From assembly GCF_009914755.1 (NCBI RefSeq), contig NC_060926.1: a stretch of 64,000 nucleotides of DNA. One strand, 5' to 3'. Source of the stretch: the human T2T-CHM13v2.0 reference genome, Homo sapiens. Under the pieces are notes generated by a model, which worked only from the letters and a program-made list of their open reading frames with translations, had not been told where the DNA came from and ran no database searches. The position numbers were made by a program, and so were the translations under genes. Positions 1-13,034 of this stretch are shown in pieces. Every line of letters starts with the position of its first letter. Position 1 is the stretch's first letter.

Positions 1-1310
1 TTCATCATTGACAAATCCGGTGAAAATTAATCTTTTAGTCTCATCCTTCCTCTTCCTAATCTTCTTATGAGACTGTATGTTTCTATTTAAGTATTTTTCA
101 GCTACTTAACTGTGTCCACTAAAATTCTCCAATGTTTTTACAAGTTCCAAGCATTTGTCATATAACATTTCACTCATATTTTTGCATTTAGGTCGTTCTT
201 TGTCTCCAAGGTATTAGGTTTTCTTGCCATTCATCTTCTGCCTGTGTCTTTAGTACCCATGAAGCTACCTTGGCTCTGCTGTTTCTCTCCTTTTAATCAG
301 AAGATTTATTCCATTTTGTTCCATACCAGCCAAGTTATTTCACTATTACATTTCTGAATCTTTCATGCTTACAGTTTGCCTTCCTTACCAAGGAGCCTCT
401 GCTTATGACAGGATTTTTCTTCTTCATTCTCACAAGTAGCAAGTAAATAGCAAATAAATCCTTCAACATGGAAGACCCTCCACCTTTTGCTTATTTATTT
501 TTGTAATTTGTACCAACCCTTTATATTTGGTGAAGATATCACTTTTATCAGGAAGACTACTAGGTACATTGGTATGATTTAGATTCTTCTCTATGGACAT
601 TAATTGCTATATTCCTACCACTTGGCTATAGTGACTGGCATTTAATAAACATTCCATTAGTGGTAGAATACGGGAGCAATTTAATGGATGAATGAAATGT
701 GTGTCTAAAAATGAGGTTGCTTAAAAAATTCTGTTTCTCTGATTCATGTTATAGTGTTAGCTCCAGAAGGGAATGTTCTCTACTAATTATTTTATGGTAA
801 TCTTAAAAACCTTTAATGGTTTTCCATCTTAACTATTTTTGATAAATAGTAAAAATGTCTAGTTTCTTTTGAAATACATTCAAGTCTTGTGAAAAGTTGA
901 GAATGAGATGTATATTCAATGTGTCACAATCCAGTGGAATTGAACTTATGTTATTGTGCTTGTATTATATTGCACAAGGTTGAATAGCTTCCTTTCAAAA
1001 ACTGTCAGACCTGGCATTAATCAATCCAATCGAACAGTAAACTACAGTCTGTCCTTTCTTATTTGGCAAACAGATAAAGCACAGTTAATATATTTCATTG
1101 CAACCCTCAGGTGTTCTGTTTCTAATGTTTACTTTAGAAAAGGTTATAATGAAGTTGACTTACTTTATTCATACATTCATTCAAAACCCATTTTTCAGTG
1201 TAATGTGCCAGGAATCTCTCAAAGGCTGGGAGTAGAGAGAAGAAAGATAACGTCCACCCACTCAAGGTTTTCACAATCAAGATGGGGAGGAAGATAAGTA
1301 GGTAATTACA

Positions 1311-1389
1311 TTCAGTTGGTGCAAAAATAATCGCGATTTTTGCCACAAAAGTAATAGCGAAAACCGCGATTACTTTTGCACGAACCTAA
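1311..1389. mobile_element. MADE1 (Hsmar1/mariner-derived MITE)
   Basis: About 79-bp near-palindrome TTCAGTTGGTGCAAAAATAATCGCG...CGCGATTACTTTTGCACGAACCTAA followed by TA; matches Hsmar1 terminal inverted repeats. Confidence 0.9.
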
Positions 1390-1831
1390 TAGATTATGTG
1401 ATTAAGTCTCAGCAGATAAATGCCCAGAATTTTATGACAAAAAGTAGAAGGGAAAACCACTCAGGCCAAGACATTTAGAGGATTCCAGAGGGAGTTCTAC
1501 ATTTGCTAAGTTGCAACTAGTTGCTGGTAGAGTATTGGGGAGTTCGAGGGAGGTCGAGGAGTTTTTGAGTGGGAGAGAACAGCATGTGCCAAGACATATA
1601 CACAAGATGGGCAGAGGAAGTGTCTACAAGACTGAAAGCTTATTGGCTGAATTATATTATAGGAACATTGGATTCGTATATCTGAAAGAATGGAAGGAGA
1701 CAAAGCTGGAAATACAAGTGAGAATTACTTCAAAAGGGACCATATATGCCCCTCCCCAGCTTTGGGGTGGGCGGAGCTTTGCATGGAGAAGCAATGTGAT
1801 TATATTAGCATGGTGAAGCAGCACGCTGGTG

Positions 1832-2011
1832 TATGGTTGTCAGATAAAATATAGTTACATTTCAGATAAAGAATGAATCTTTTCTTTCAGTATCAACATG
1901 TCGCAAATCTTGCATGGGACATATTTACACAAAAAAGTTATTCATTGTCAAATTGAAATTAATCTTTCACTGAACATCCTGTATTTCTCTGTGTTAAATC
2001 TGACAACCTTA
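1832..2011. mobile_element. MER53 palindromic hAT-type MITE
   Basis: Ends TATGGTTGTCAGAT...ATCTGACAACCTTA; central ATGTCGCAAATCTTGCATGGGACAT resembles the MER53 consensus. Confidence 0.8.
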
Positions 2012-2559
2012 CTCTGATAGCAGTGTGGAGAATGAATTGGAGAAGAAAGGACAAGGCAGAAAGGCCGATTCAAGGGACAACCTATTAAAATCTGCATTCA
2101 CCCTTTGAGTCACAATGGCATTGCTATTTATTACATTGTGCTAAAGTGCAGGATGTGGACAACTTTGTTACCATGGCTGAGACCCAGAGAGGCACAGCCT
2201 GAAGAGAAAGACAATGGATATTCTGGAACAAATAGGAGATTTTAGTGCTCCAGGTTTTACAGGAGCACTGGACCTAAGATGGAACCATACTTTAAACTGG
2301 GAAGAAGATGGCATGTGTGCACATTTCCTCTGAAGACTGTGGGGTAAAATCGATACTGTTGTAATAAAACATAGGAAACAAAGACCCACTGCATTTATCC
2401 TGGGTCTCAAGGAGAAGTATTCAAACATGCCCCATATTCGTGTTTGTATAATGATTTGAACTTTTCAATTTCTTCCCATACTCAGTATCTTCTATCTACA
2501 TCACAATGGCTTTGCAGTCAGGAAACAGTTATCATTAACCCAATTGACAGATAAGGATA

Positions 2560-2880
2560 TCTGCACATATACACATATTCTGCCTTAGTTTCCTTATTAA
2601 AATTCCTTTTGCATGTCAAATCCAAGCTGAAACTCCACATTTTCTACCAAAATGTTCAGCCCACAGTTTCTTCTCCCTGCCACTTACTATGTCAGCATTA
2701 CTGAGCCCTGCACAAGGTTCCTCTCTGAGACCTTGTTTGGTTTTGGCTTGTGAACTCATATTGCCACCCACTGGACTGTAAGCTGCCAAAAGGCAAGGAC
2801 AAATTTTAGCATTTTCCAGGACACTTCTGTAGTATCTTAGTATTAGGCGTATAAAAGACTCCTAATAAATGTTTGATTAT
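2560..2880 (+). mobile_element. Degenerate L2 3' fragment
   Basis: ctggactgtaagctgcc...ggcaaggac...taataaatgtttg resembles the L2 3' end. Confidence 0.5.
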
Positions 2881-3474
2881 CAGACTAGCAGTGGAAGAGC
2901 CAGAAATAAATTAAAAATCTAGTATCTCAATATGCAGCCTTCTGCTCTTTTGGGTTACCTTCATACTTTTTAAAAATTTTCATCCCCTGTCAAACCATAC
3001 AGAGGTGTGATTTCAAGGAGAATGAAGACAACACTGGAGGCCCAGAGTTATTCAGAGGATGCTTTATTCATCTCCCAAACTCGGTGCAGGAATGAGCACC
3101 AGCCACACTAAAGAAGAGCGTCTGTTTAAACTGCACCATCAGGATAGGGTCTACCAATGAGATGGAGTTAAGGAAGCTGACAGCTGACTGCACCATCCTT
3201 GGCTCCTCTTTTATGAACCCTCAGGGTGTGAGTTCAGTCTTCCCCAACCATTGCTCAGCTTCTTTGCTTCCCAGGGAGGGGGATTGTGAGCAGGTCCCTC
3301 TGCATATCAGAGTTGAATCCACTAACTGGTTATAATCCGCTCCTAACTAATGAGCAGTTGCTTTATGTTAATGGATATATTCAAATATTTGTTTACTTGT
3401 TAGCATAGGACATACGTGTATACTCCTATAAATAAGATAATTGCAAAGTACGTTTACTATGTATTGTATAGAGC

Positions 3475-3650
3475 AGCTATTCTCATGGTAACCATGCCAA
3501 CAAGTATATCAGAACCCCCGGAGGATTTGCTAAAACACAGCTTGCTGGGCCTTAGGGTCCTGAGTGGGCATGAGAATTTGAAATTTTAACAAGGTCCCCA
3601 GGTGATGCTGATTGTGTTTATCCAGAACCACACATTGAGATCCATCGATG
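3475..3650. mobile_element. MER5A (hAT-Charlie)
   Basis: atcagaacccccggaggatttgctaaaacacagcttgctgggcc...aacaaggtccccaggtgatgctgat...ccacacattgag. Confidence 0.7.
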
Positions 3651-5890
3651 TAGAAAATACAGTTTCATATTTGTCTGTGTACGTGCTGTGCACACACTGG
3701 CTTACATATGAAGACATCTATTCTATAGTTGTGTGTTATGTTTAGACAAAAATTACTGTAAATATGCTTATCTGCATAGCTACTCATACATATATAAAAA
3801 TATACAAATAAAATGTTTACTCACAAAAGTTGTTTGTATATGACTTTAAGTCTAAATAAATGCTTATGAAAGGTTATAAGCCTATATAATGTTATGTATA
3901 CAAACACATATGCATGTTTGTACATAGAAATATAGTTATATTTCTAGGTGATACTTGTGTATGTACATGTGTATAGTATCAACGTATCTTTCCCTTTTAC
4001 AACAAAGGCCTTATTAAGTATAACATCAAATTTAATATTTTAGTTAAACTCATCATCAAAAGCAGTGTTTAAGTGTTCCAACCTGAGGGCGGAGATGTCT
4101 CCATGCTGGCCCTGTTAAGCTTTATTAGAAGGATGATCTTTTCAATTTCCCTAGAGCCTCTTACATATTTGCTATATTTCACATATGGAAGTGCCAAATT
4201 AAATAAGCTTCATGGTCTTTCAGAACCACCAGGGCCCTCCTATAAAGTCAAATTTCAATCATTTCACTTCTTTGCCTTCCTCCCAAAGAGATAGTACAAT
4301 TCTTCTGGCATTTAACTGACTAAATTAACAAAAATGCAGTGCAAACTCAGTGTGTTGAGTGCTCCTGGGTCTTACATCCTTCTTGTGCTAAAAGGGTCTG
4401 CTTTGTTCAAAGGCAAACTTTGTCTTTGGAAGAGGAGGAAATGCGAGACATGAGTTTGGGGCCTGACACTTAGGAGGGCTAAGGTAGAAACAAAAGAAAT
4501 GAAAGCATCAGATTGACCACATCTCCTGTGACATACAGTACAATAACAGCTTCTTTCTTCCCTACTCCACAGTTCTTCAAATGCAATAGAAGAGAAAAAA
4601 AGAGCAACCTGGAAGGAAAAAAAGAAAAGGTAGCAAAAAGAGATGGATATGCATTACTAGTCACTTCATTTCCAAGACATGATTATGCTTTGGTTATATC
4701 TCATGACATCACATTGCAATAAATATTACCCATCATGCATAACTGGTGGCTGAGGTCCAGAATCTTTGGGTAAACTATTTAAGAACTCTCAACTAAAAGT
4801 GGAAGAGCTAGAATTTGAGCTAAGATCTGCCTGATTTCAGTGGTTAGATCCAGAAGCATAAATCAGTGCTTTCCTAAAATGGTCTGCAAGGAAGAGTTAA
4901 ATAATAAATAAAAATCCCTGGGAATTCATTTAAATATACATGTTGCAATGGGGACAAGAGAAGCAGGAGAGGACCTTGTGGGCTTGAATTTTGAACGAGT
5001 AAAATAATTTTGGGATATGAAAGAGGGGAGACTTACATGGTGAGCTGTCAACATCAGCATTTCTCAAAAACAAGGTGGTGAGTTGCCCAAATAGGAACTT
5101 CACTGGTATAAAGTCTGAGGTTCATATACTTTTACATCCACAGCTTTTAGCAGGATGTTTGACCTGTGGTAAGTTCACAGCAAACTCTCATTAAATTAGT
5201 TGCCTTTTTAGAGCTGATTCTGCTTCAAGTTCAACTTCCCTTCCTGGTCCTCTGATGACTAAAACAATTTTACCAGGGGATAAGATTTCATTTCAAATCC
5301 GAGATAAGGTTAAATGCAAATAATGCAGAAAAAGAGGAAACATATTGACTCAGCACCTGGGGGTATAAATGATCAATGGTAGATCATCTTCTGATATTAT
5401 GGTTTATTGGAGAGATGGAGAAGGTCACTGAAGATCTGATCAGGGAGTAGGGATGAGCACAAAAATGAGAGAATCTGGTGGTATCAGACAAAGTGTGCTT
5501 ATTTCACTAGTTTCCTGGCATCTGGTCTTCTGAGCAGAACTGCAACAGAGGAAAGGCAAGAAATGGCTTTGGGAGCTGGGAGACCCTGTGCACAAAAGCC
5601 TTCCTGGCAGCCTTTCTTTCCAGGGTCATTGTGCTTAGACTTTGTTTTACATGAGAAGAAGAGGTATCAACGATTCACCATAGAAAACAAAAGATCCTGA
5701 AGGTAGGAAAAACAGTAGTAACAAGGTTTATGAATCAGCTAAACTTGTGTTTCCCCAAATATATTTGTTTACGATGATCCTTTAAGAAGTTTGGAAATCA
5801 AGTCCTTTAACAAAACCAAACGTGATTCTTAAGATTATATAAGTTAACAGAAACATCTATTTATAAAAGAAGGAACAAAAAGAAAGAAGG

Positions 5891-6249
<359 letters not shown>

Positions 6250-6584
6250 TTAGAGACGGAGGGTTATCTCAGCACCAGGTAGAATTCAGCAGTGGCATCT
6301 GACATTGTCATGCTTCAGACATTCTGCCATCATGAAAAATTGGATTAATCATAACCTAAAGGGTTTCACATCTGGGTTTCTTAAACCTGGCCTAAATGAG
6401 TGAATCCAAGACCGCATATAATGGGATTTCAGTATTTTGAAGATTAAGTTTTTCATGAATTCTTCAAAGTTTCCTCCTGCCAAACAGACTGAAATAAATC
6501 AAAATATTTAGGAAACACATATTCTAATCATGAGTGGCCTCTAGATAATTAAGAATTGTTATTTTTAATTTTAGTTATTTTTCA

Positions 6585-6720
6585 GGAGAGAAATATTTGT
6601 CAAGCAATTGTGTCAGGCATTTTTTTAGGTGTTGGAGATACAGCAGTAAACAAAACAATTAATTTCTGATCTTGTGGAGCTTATTTTCTAACAAAGGGAG
6701 ATAAACAAAGTAAATCAGTA
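6585..6720 (-). mobile_element. Degenerate L2 fragment
   Basis: tgtgtcaggcat...taggtgttggagatacagcagtaaacaaaac is the reverse complement of the L2 3' end. Confidence 0.5.
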
Positions 6721-9085
6721 AAATATGTAATATTCTGAATACTTAATATTATTGAAAGCCCTCATAAAGTCCATTTCTAAGCCTTGCTAGCCAGAATGAC
6801 TCCCGGGGTCAATGCAGACCCTGTGAGGTTTGGAGGTGTGGAGGCCCTGCAGCTTGGCTTGGTCCTCACACACCTACCATGCATTTTATTCATCTTTTGA
6901 CCCTGGAGAGGTTCCAGACTACTCTGAGCCTCAGTTGCCGCAACTTTGAATTGTGATTCTGACATTAACTCTGAAAGTTTTTGAGCATTTTATAGGAGAT
7001 AATAGGTGTGAAAGAGTGTGAATGTAACTCTTGATCAAGACAGCCATGCATAATCTTCATTAACATAATTTTACCAATGTCACTAACTCAAATTAACCAA
7101 GGAGAAAAATCCCTTTTATTTATGGGGATTTTGTTTTGTTTTGTTTAATAGACTGGACAGAGGTCTACACCTTAAGAATTGGCAAGACTTTTGTTGGCAT
7201 CTATTACTATAGATTCCACACCTTGCAGGGCTTCCAGGTTGGTATTCTAAATATAAAGTAACAATGGGTTCATCTAAAGGGCATAGGGGATGAAGGTATA
7301 GGAGACTAAGCTGCTCTTAGCACATCAACCCCTCGGAAAGATGGTACTGCGGAGCAGAGCAGGTGCCTTCATATGCCTGGCCTTTTCTCTGCCTCCCAAG
7401 TGGGCTTTGAACAAGTCTTTTAACTTCACTGAGTATGTTTGCTTCTGTAAAATTGGAAACAATTACCAACTTTCCTATTTGCAGAGCTTGAGAATTGAGT
7501 TTTCTCTCCAAAGAGAAAAGAAGATACAAAACCTTCATGCTTGAATTAAAAATTACAACCTTCATATGTTTTGCTAGACCACTTTTTCTAAGTACTCTTA
7601 AGGGTGAGCTTCATCTCTTTTTATTCCATAATGTGTATGTTATTCAAAAGATTTATTGCTTTGGTGGTCTGAATAGGGATATAAGAGCCACTATTAGGCT
7701 AACAATTGGTAGCAATGATGTTTTTGAGCAAACTTCAAGGGTAGTTAGAGAAGTCTAACAGAGTGTGCTTTATGAGCTAAACACAATAATGGATCGTAGC
7801 CAATGCTAAAGGTTCCATTAGGGAGGAGGAGGAGATGAGTGCGTGAGTTTCCACTTACACACTTTTTCCCTGTGTGAGTTGAGGACTCAACTGGCAGATT
7901 TTACCACACTGATCCTGTAGGATGCTTATTAGACCAAGTCTCCCAACCCAAAAATCAGAGCTACCCCAGCTTTACAAACAACCACTTCCTGGTATTTCAA
8001 TTAATTAAAAATTTATGTAGAAAAAGAAAACTGAAAGCTCAATTAAACTACTATGATCCTAGAAAAAAGATAGGAAAATGGAAATTTCTCTCATGCTATC
8101 CAATTTTCTGAAGCTGCTGCTTCTTTCTTAAAACAGGAATAAGGGTGTTATAAGAGATGTCTATGTCATTGATAAGATCATAGATCTATTAAATAATACA
8201 GTTATTAAAAACAATATACAAGTATTACACACATGTATATGCACATATGTTGTGTATACATATACCTACGTATGTAAATTCCATGTCTGTGGGTAGTTTG
8301 TTCTAAGTATTTTCTCAACTTTTGTTTATATAAACTATTGACTATGTGTTATTTACCCCGGCATGAGTTTTTATCTTCTCATTCTCTGGGAGGATACCAC
8401 TCCATGTGTCTATTGTTTATCTTGCAAAAGTAGATCCTTCTCATCTACTGAATGATAACAGTAGAAGCCTGGCTTTTTTTGAGACATATTTTATTGGAAC
8501 AAAAGCTGTAAATATATACCTATGTTTTCATGGATTGTGTTTTATTTTTATTGGTGTCTTTAAGGAATTTGCATGTTCAAATGCAAACACCAATAGGTAT
8601 CTTTGTTTTCTGACTAAGATCTGAAAATGAAATTGAGTGCACATTTTATTTACCCATCTCATCAGGCCAACAAATCCATATGACACAGATCTGGTTGTTC
8701 ATAAACTTTTTGGTGTGGGATGTTTGGAGAAGATCTCAAAGGATGGGGATTCTCTGAACCGCTTAGTTGTGTATTTCAGGGTGTACTAACCCCTTTTAGT
8801 TTTGAACTTCCACTTGCCCACTATGCTTCTTTAAGAGGTTTTGCTTGTTTGGTATTTTTGCCAAACAGACTTTCATAAAATATTTCTTGCAATGAAAGCC
8901 TTCCATTCCTTGAAATTCTTGAAAAACTTCCAAATTATATATTATATATATATCATATGTATAGTCAAGTTGGAGAAAGAGACAAGTCAGTTGCCAAATA
9001 TGGCAGTGTGCTTAGGTTAGATGACAGAGGCAATCATTCGATATTAGGAGAGTACAGTGGAAGAACACCTAAAACAGACTGGCCT

Positions 9086-9364
9086 GGCTGGGCCCAGTGG
9101 CTCATGCCTGTAATCCCAGTACTTTGGGAGGCCCAGGCAGGTGGATCACCTGAGGTCAGGAGTTGAGACCAGCCTGACCAACATGGTGAAACCTCATCTC
9201 TACTAGAAATACAAAAATTAGCTGGGCATGGTGGCTCACGCCTGTAATCCCAGCTGCTCGGGAGGCTGAGGCAGGAGAATCTCTTTAACCCTGGAGGCAG
9301 AGATCGTGCCACTGCACTCCAGCCTGGGCAACAGAGCGAGACTCCATCTCTGAAAAAAAAAAAA
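9086..9364 (+). mobile_element. AluS (Sx/Sq-like) with a 16-nt right-arm deletion
   Basis: Dimeric Alu with GGATCACCTGAGGTCAGG; GGAGGCAGAGATCG lacks GTTGCAGTGAGCCGAG (GAG microhomology); A tail. Confidence 0.92.
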
Positions 9365-10317
9365 GCAAAGAAAAAGTAAAAAGAAAAATACAAAACTCTC
9401 CCTAGCAGGCTTTAAGGAGCTGCAGTCTCGTGTCTCCTTAGTTTGAGACATTCCTGGAATCCTACAGAGGACCTGGTGATGGGGAGCCTGTGTTCTTTCA
9501 TTCCCATGAAAATTAACTCTATTGCTTAAGTGTGGAGCAGGATGCTTTGTGTCAAACTTGCAGATCCACATGCTCCATTTTTCCCCTGCTCTGGCCCTGG
9601 GATCCTAGACTTTCTCAGTTGTTTTTCTTTCTCTCTGGTGTCTGTGGGGCTCCGTCCATGGGATGCACAAGGGCAGACAAGGGCTTGGGAAGAGTGGGTC
9701 AGAATGTTCGTTGTACATTCCATTCTTGCTCTCTGCTACCACAGTTGGCCTCTTCTCCCTGGAGAATGCTGTAGCTCCTGCCTGTCCTGACCTTCACACC
9801 AGCTGCCCCCTGCAGCCCTGGCACTTCTTTGCCCGATCAAGTACTGCCCACTGTGGCTGTCTAGGGTGCTTCACTGTCCTGTGGGGGTTTCTTTCCATGC
9901 TCCCCATGCCCTGAGGACAGTATCTTAACTCTATTCCCCCCAAACCATGCGTCTGATGGTGCCAGTGGCTTCCTGCTGATATCCACAACTGACATTCACA
10001 TCTAATAGGCATATCAGAATCAGAGTGTCAAAACTGAACTCCACACACTCTCCACCTCTCAGCTTCTGCATCCTCTCAGCTGTGGCACCTCTAACCAACC
10101 AGTTGTCTCGCTGAAAATCTCAGATCCTTCTCTGACTTCCCTCCTTCTCCTGGGCTACTGTCCTCAAATCTTCGTAAAATGTCATGGCCACGAGGAGTCC
10201 TACCATGACCACCCTATTGAATATTAAACCTCATCTCTTGCTTCCCCAAAAACTCCTTCTTCTCCTGGTCTTGCTGTATTTTTTTCTTTGTTTCTTAGCA
10301 TTTATCATTTACAATAG

Positions 10318-10776
10318 GACTGCCATCAAAATTGGATGGTTTAAAGCTACAGAAATGTATCTCATTTCTGAATGCTAGAATTTCAAAATGAAGGCGTTTC
10401 TACTTCCTCTGAAGCCTCTGAGAGAGGACCCTTCCTTATCTCTTCCATTTCTTGGTAGCTTCAGGTCTTCTCTGGCTTGTGGAAGCCAATCCAATTTCTG
10501 GCTCTGTTTTCGTGTGTTTGTGTGTCTCTGGGTCATCACATAACATTCTTCCTGTGTGTCTGCCTCTATGTGTCCAAATTTCTCTCTTCTTATAAGGACA
10601 CCAGTCATACTGGATAAAGGCCCACCTTCCTTAATGGCCTTAGCTTAGCTTAATTAAATCTGCAAAGACCCTATTTTCAAACAAGGTCACATTTACAGGT
10701 ACTTGAAGTTAGGACTTCAGACTTCAATGCCTCTTTTTATTTAATTTGTTGAGCGGGACATAATTCAACCCATAAC
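10318..10776 (-). mobile_element. MLT1 (B/C-like) MaLR solo LTR nested in an L2
   Basis: tcttataaggacaccagtcatactgga...tctgcaaagaccctattttcaaacaaggtcacatt...gggacataattcaacccataac; L2-like sequence on both sides. Confidence 0.82.
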
Positions 10777-10779
10777 CTA

Positions 10780-10945
10780 TAGTTGACTTATTTATTATGT
10801 CCACTGTTTATTGTCTATCTCCACTAGCTAAGAATTAGTATTTTTCAGGGCAGAGATCTTTGTATCTTTTGTTCATTGATATATCCCAAGCATCCAGGGC
10901 TATGTGGGAAAACAGTGGTTGCTCAATAGATGTCTGTTAAATTGA
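10780..10945 (+). mobile_element. L2 3' end
   Basis: gggcagagatctttgtatcttttgttcattgatatatccc...gctcaatagatgtctgttaaattga. Confidence 0.65.
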
Positions 10946-11816
10946 GGGAAAGTCTGAACAGCAAGCTGTTTTAAGATTAACGTAAAATGGAATTTTACTC
11001 AGCATGGGGAAGAAATATCCCTGAAGCTCTAGGTTGGCATTCCTGATTGTGAAAAGCAAACACCTTGTTATGATATAAACAGATACCAAACCACTAACGT
11101 TTCACTTGGAAAACAATACCTCACTGGACAAGGAGGGAGCGAAATTTCACCCTAGTATTTCTTTTCTTTATTCTACAATTAGTTTATGAAATGTGAAGCA
11201 TTTATTTTTAAGCTAACTCCTGTTAAATCTTCTGAATTCCAGACCTGAGGTTTGACTCTTTAGCAGATGGTAGATATGTACCTTGGAGAGAAAGAGAGGG
11301 TGGAGAGGGAGGAGACAGAGACAGGAAGTACAAGAGGGGCTGCCAAACCTCAGCCCTGGACAGACTTCAGCAAACAAACAGAAGTGAGACCCAGCAGGAC
11401 CGGGTGTGAGCTGGTTTTATTGCTGTCCACCAGCTCCAGGTCATAAGTGACCTAATCAACCTTAGCTTGCATCTTTCTTGCGATAGCTTTGTGCCTGTTC
11501 GCTGCACACAGCTCTGATTCTCACTCATCCTAGGCCTTGGCGGGCATATCCAGAGCCCTTTATGGGATCCAGGACACAGCTGCTGCAATATCCCTTCATT
11601 CCAAATCACCTCTCAACCCCTCCCCCATTTATTTTCTCTGCGCTACTGAACATTTCCAACACTTGGTATACCAGCATCCTCCTCATCCCCTCCCCAAATG
11701 ACTTGGCTATATCTCATATCCAGAAAGGCCAGCTATGGAGGACCACAGGTGGGAGCAACCACCCACCATAGCTATTAACAAAACTCAAATTGCACATAGC
11801 ACAGGTATAAATTAGG

Positions 11817-11818
<2 letters not shown>

Positions 11819-11862
<44 letters not shown>
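11819..11862. repeat. Perfect (AT)22 microsatellite
   Basis: Directly visible uninterrupted AT run. Confidence 0.97.
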
Positions 11863-11868
<6 letters not shown>

Positions 11869-12820
11869 GTGTGCTGTATGTTCAGGTAATGCAATGAGGC
11901 CTGTTTTCTCTTTTCTAGAACATGTGGTAAACTGACAAACATGCATTTACTGGTCATCTGTGTGCTTCCTTTAGAGGCCAGAAAATTATTCTAAATATTT
12001 GAAAATGGTTTACTTCCAATCAAACTAGTTACTAATCTGTATTATTTGGAAAAACTGAATCCACAAAAAAATTTTGCTTAGAATAATTTTCTTACCTTAG
12101 GTTGCCACATTATAACAATGAAATAATAATAATGTAATTATAATCATATAACATAATATTTTATATATAACCTTATATATTATAGGTAACATTACACATA
12201 ATGTAGTAACAATATATAATACAACTATGTGTAATATAGAAATACAATACCAATAGCTTCACTAATCACACATTTATCTTCTAAAAAAACGTTTCTTTTG
12301 AATATTGGACACAATGGTAAAAACTAATAGATGGAAAAGGGAAAACTAGAAGTTATTTGCAGTGTCCCAATTCAGTAAGTAATTGCTGTTATACTATATA
12401 AGGGATCCTGCAAACCAAAAATCATAACTAAATGGAAAACTACACCAATAGAAAACTGGCCAAATAGATCACAAGTGCTTTCAGAATTAAATAAAAAAAA
12501 AAACTCAAAAAGCATAAAAAACATCTAAAGAGAACCTCAATCGTATTAAAAGTCAAGAATGCACGTTTGAGCAAGGATGAGAATTCACTGAACATTTATT
12601 ACTCTGGCAAAAGCAAGAAGCTGGGCACCACTGGGAGTGGTATGGCCGGGTGTGGCCAAGCTGGAGAGCCAGGTGGCAGGGAGAGCAGACGTGACCCCAC
12701 AGTTCCTGCGGAGAGCGTGCATCCTGGAGAAATTCTCACACAGGATCCTAGAGGAACACTACTGAGAATACTCACTTTTGTGCTTTTAGAGGTGTTGAGA
12801 AATGCAGTGAACCCCCTTGC

Positions 12821-13034
12821 GCAGGGGGCTGCCAACTTCATCTATAAAAGGTCTAAGAGCCGTGAGCCAGAGGCTCTCTTGCAATACTCAACACTGTCCC
12901 ACAGCACCGACAGAAGCCCCATAGACATGATGCAAATGAGTGGACATGGCTGTGATCTAACAAGGTGTCATTTACAAAATCAGGCAGTAGGCTGGGTTTG
13001 GCCCCTACTGTAGTTTGTAGTTTGTCCATTCCTG
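12821..13034. mobile_element. MER58A (hAT-Charlie)
   Basis: CAGGGG...CCTG ends; tactcaacactg, ccatagaca, catggctgtg, tttacaaaatcaggc and tttggccc match MER58A. Confidence 0.75.

Noticed and set aside
12567-13013. 148-aa ORF in a slightly GC-richer patch
   Set aside because: Starts at a non-ATG codon and runs through L1-like and MER58A sequence; no domain similarity recognised.
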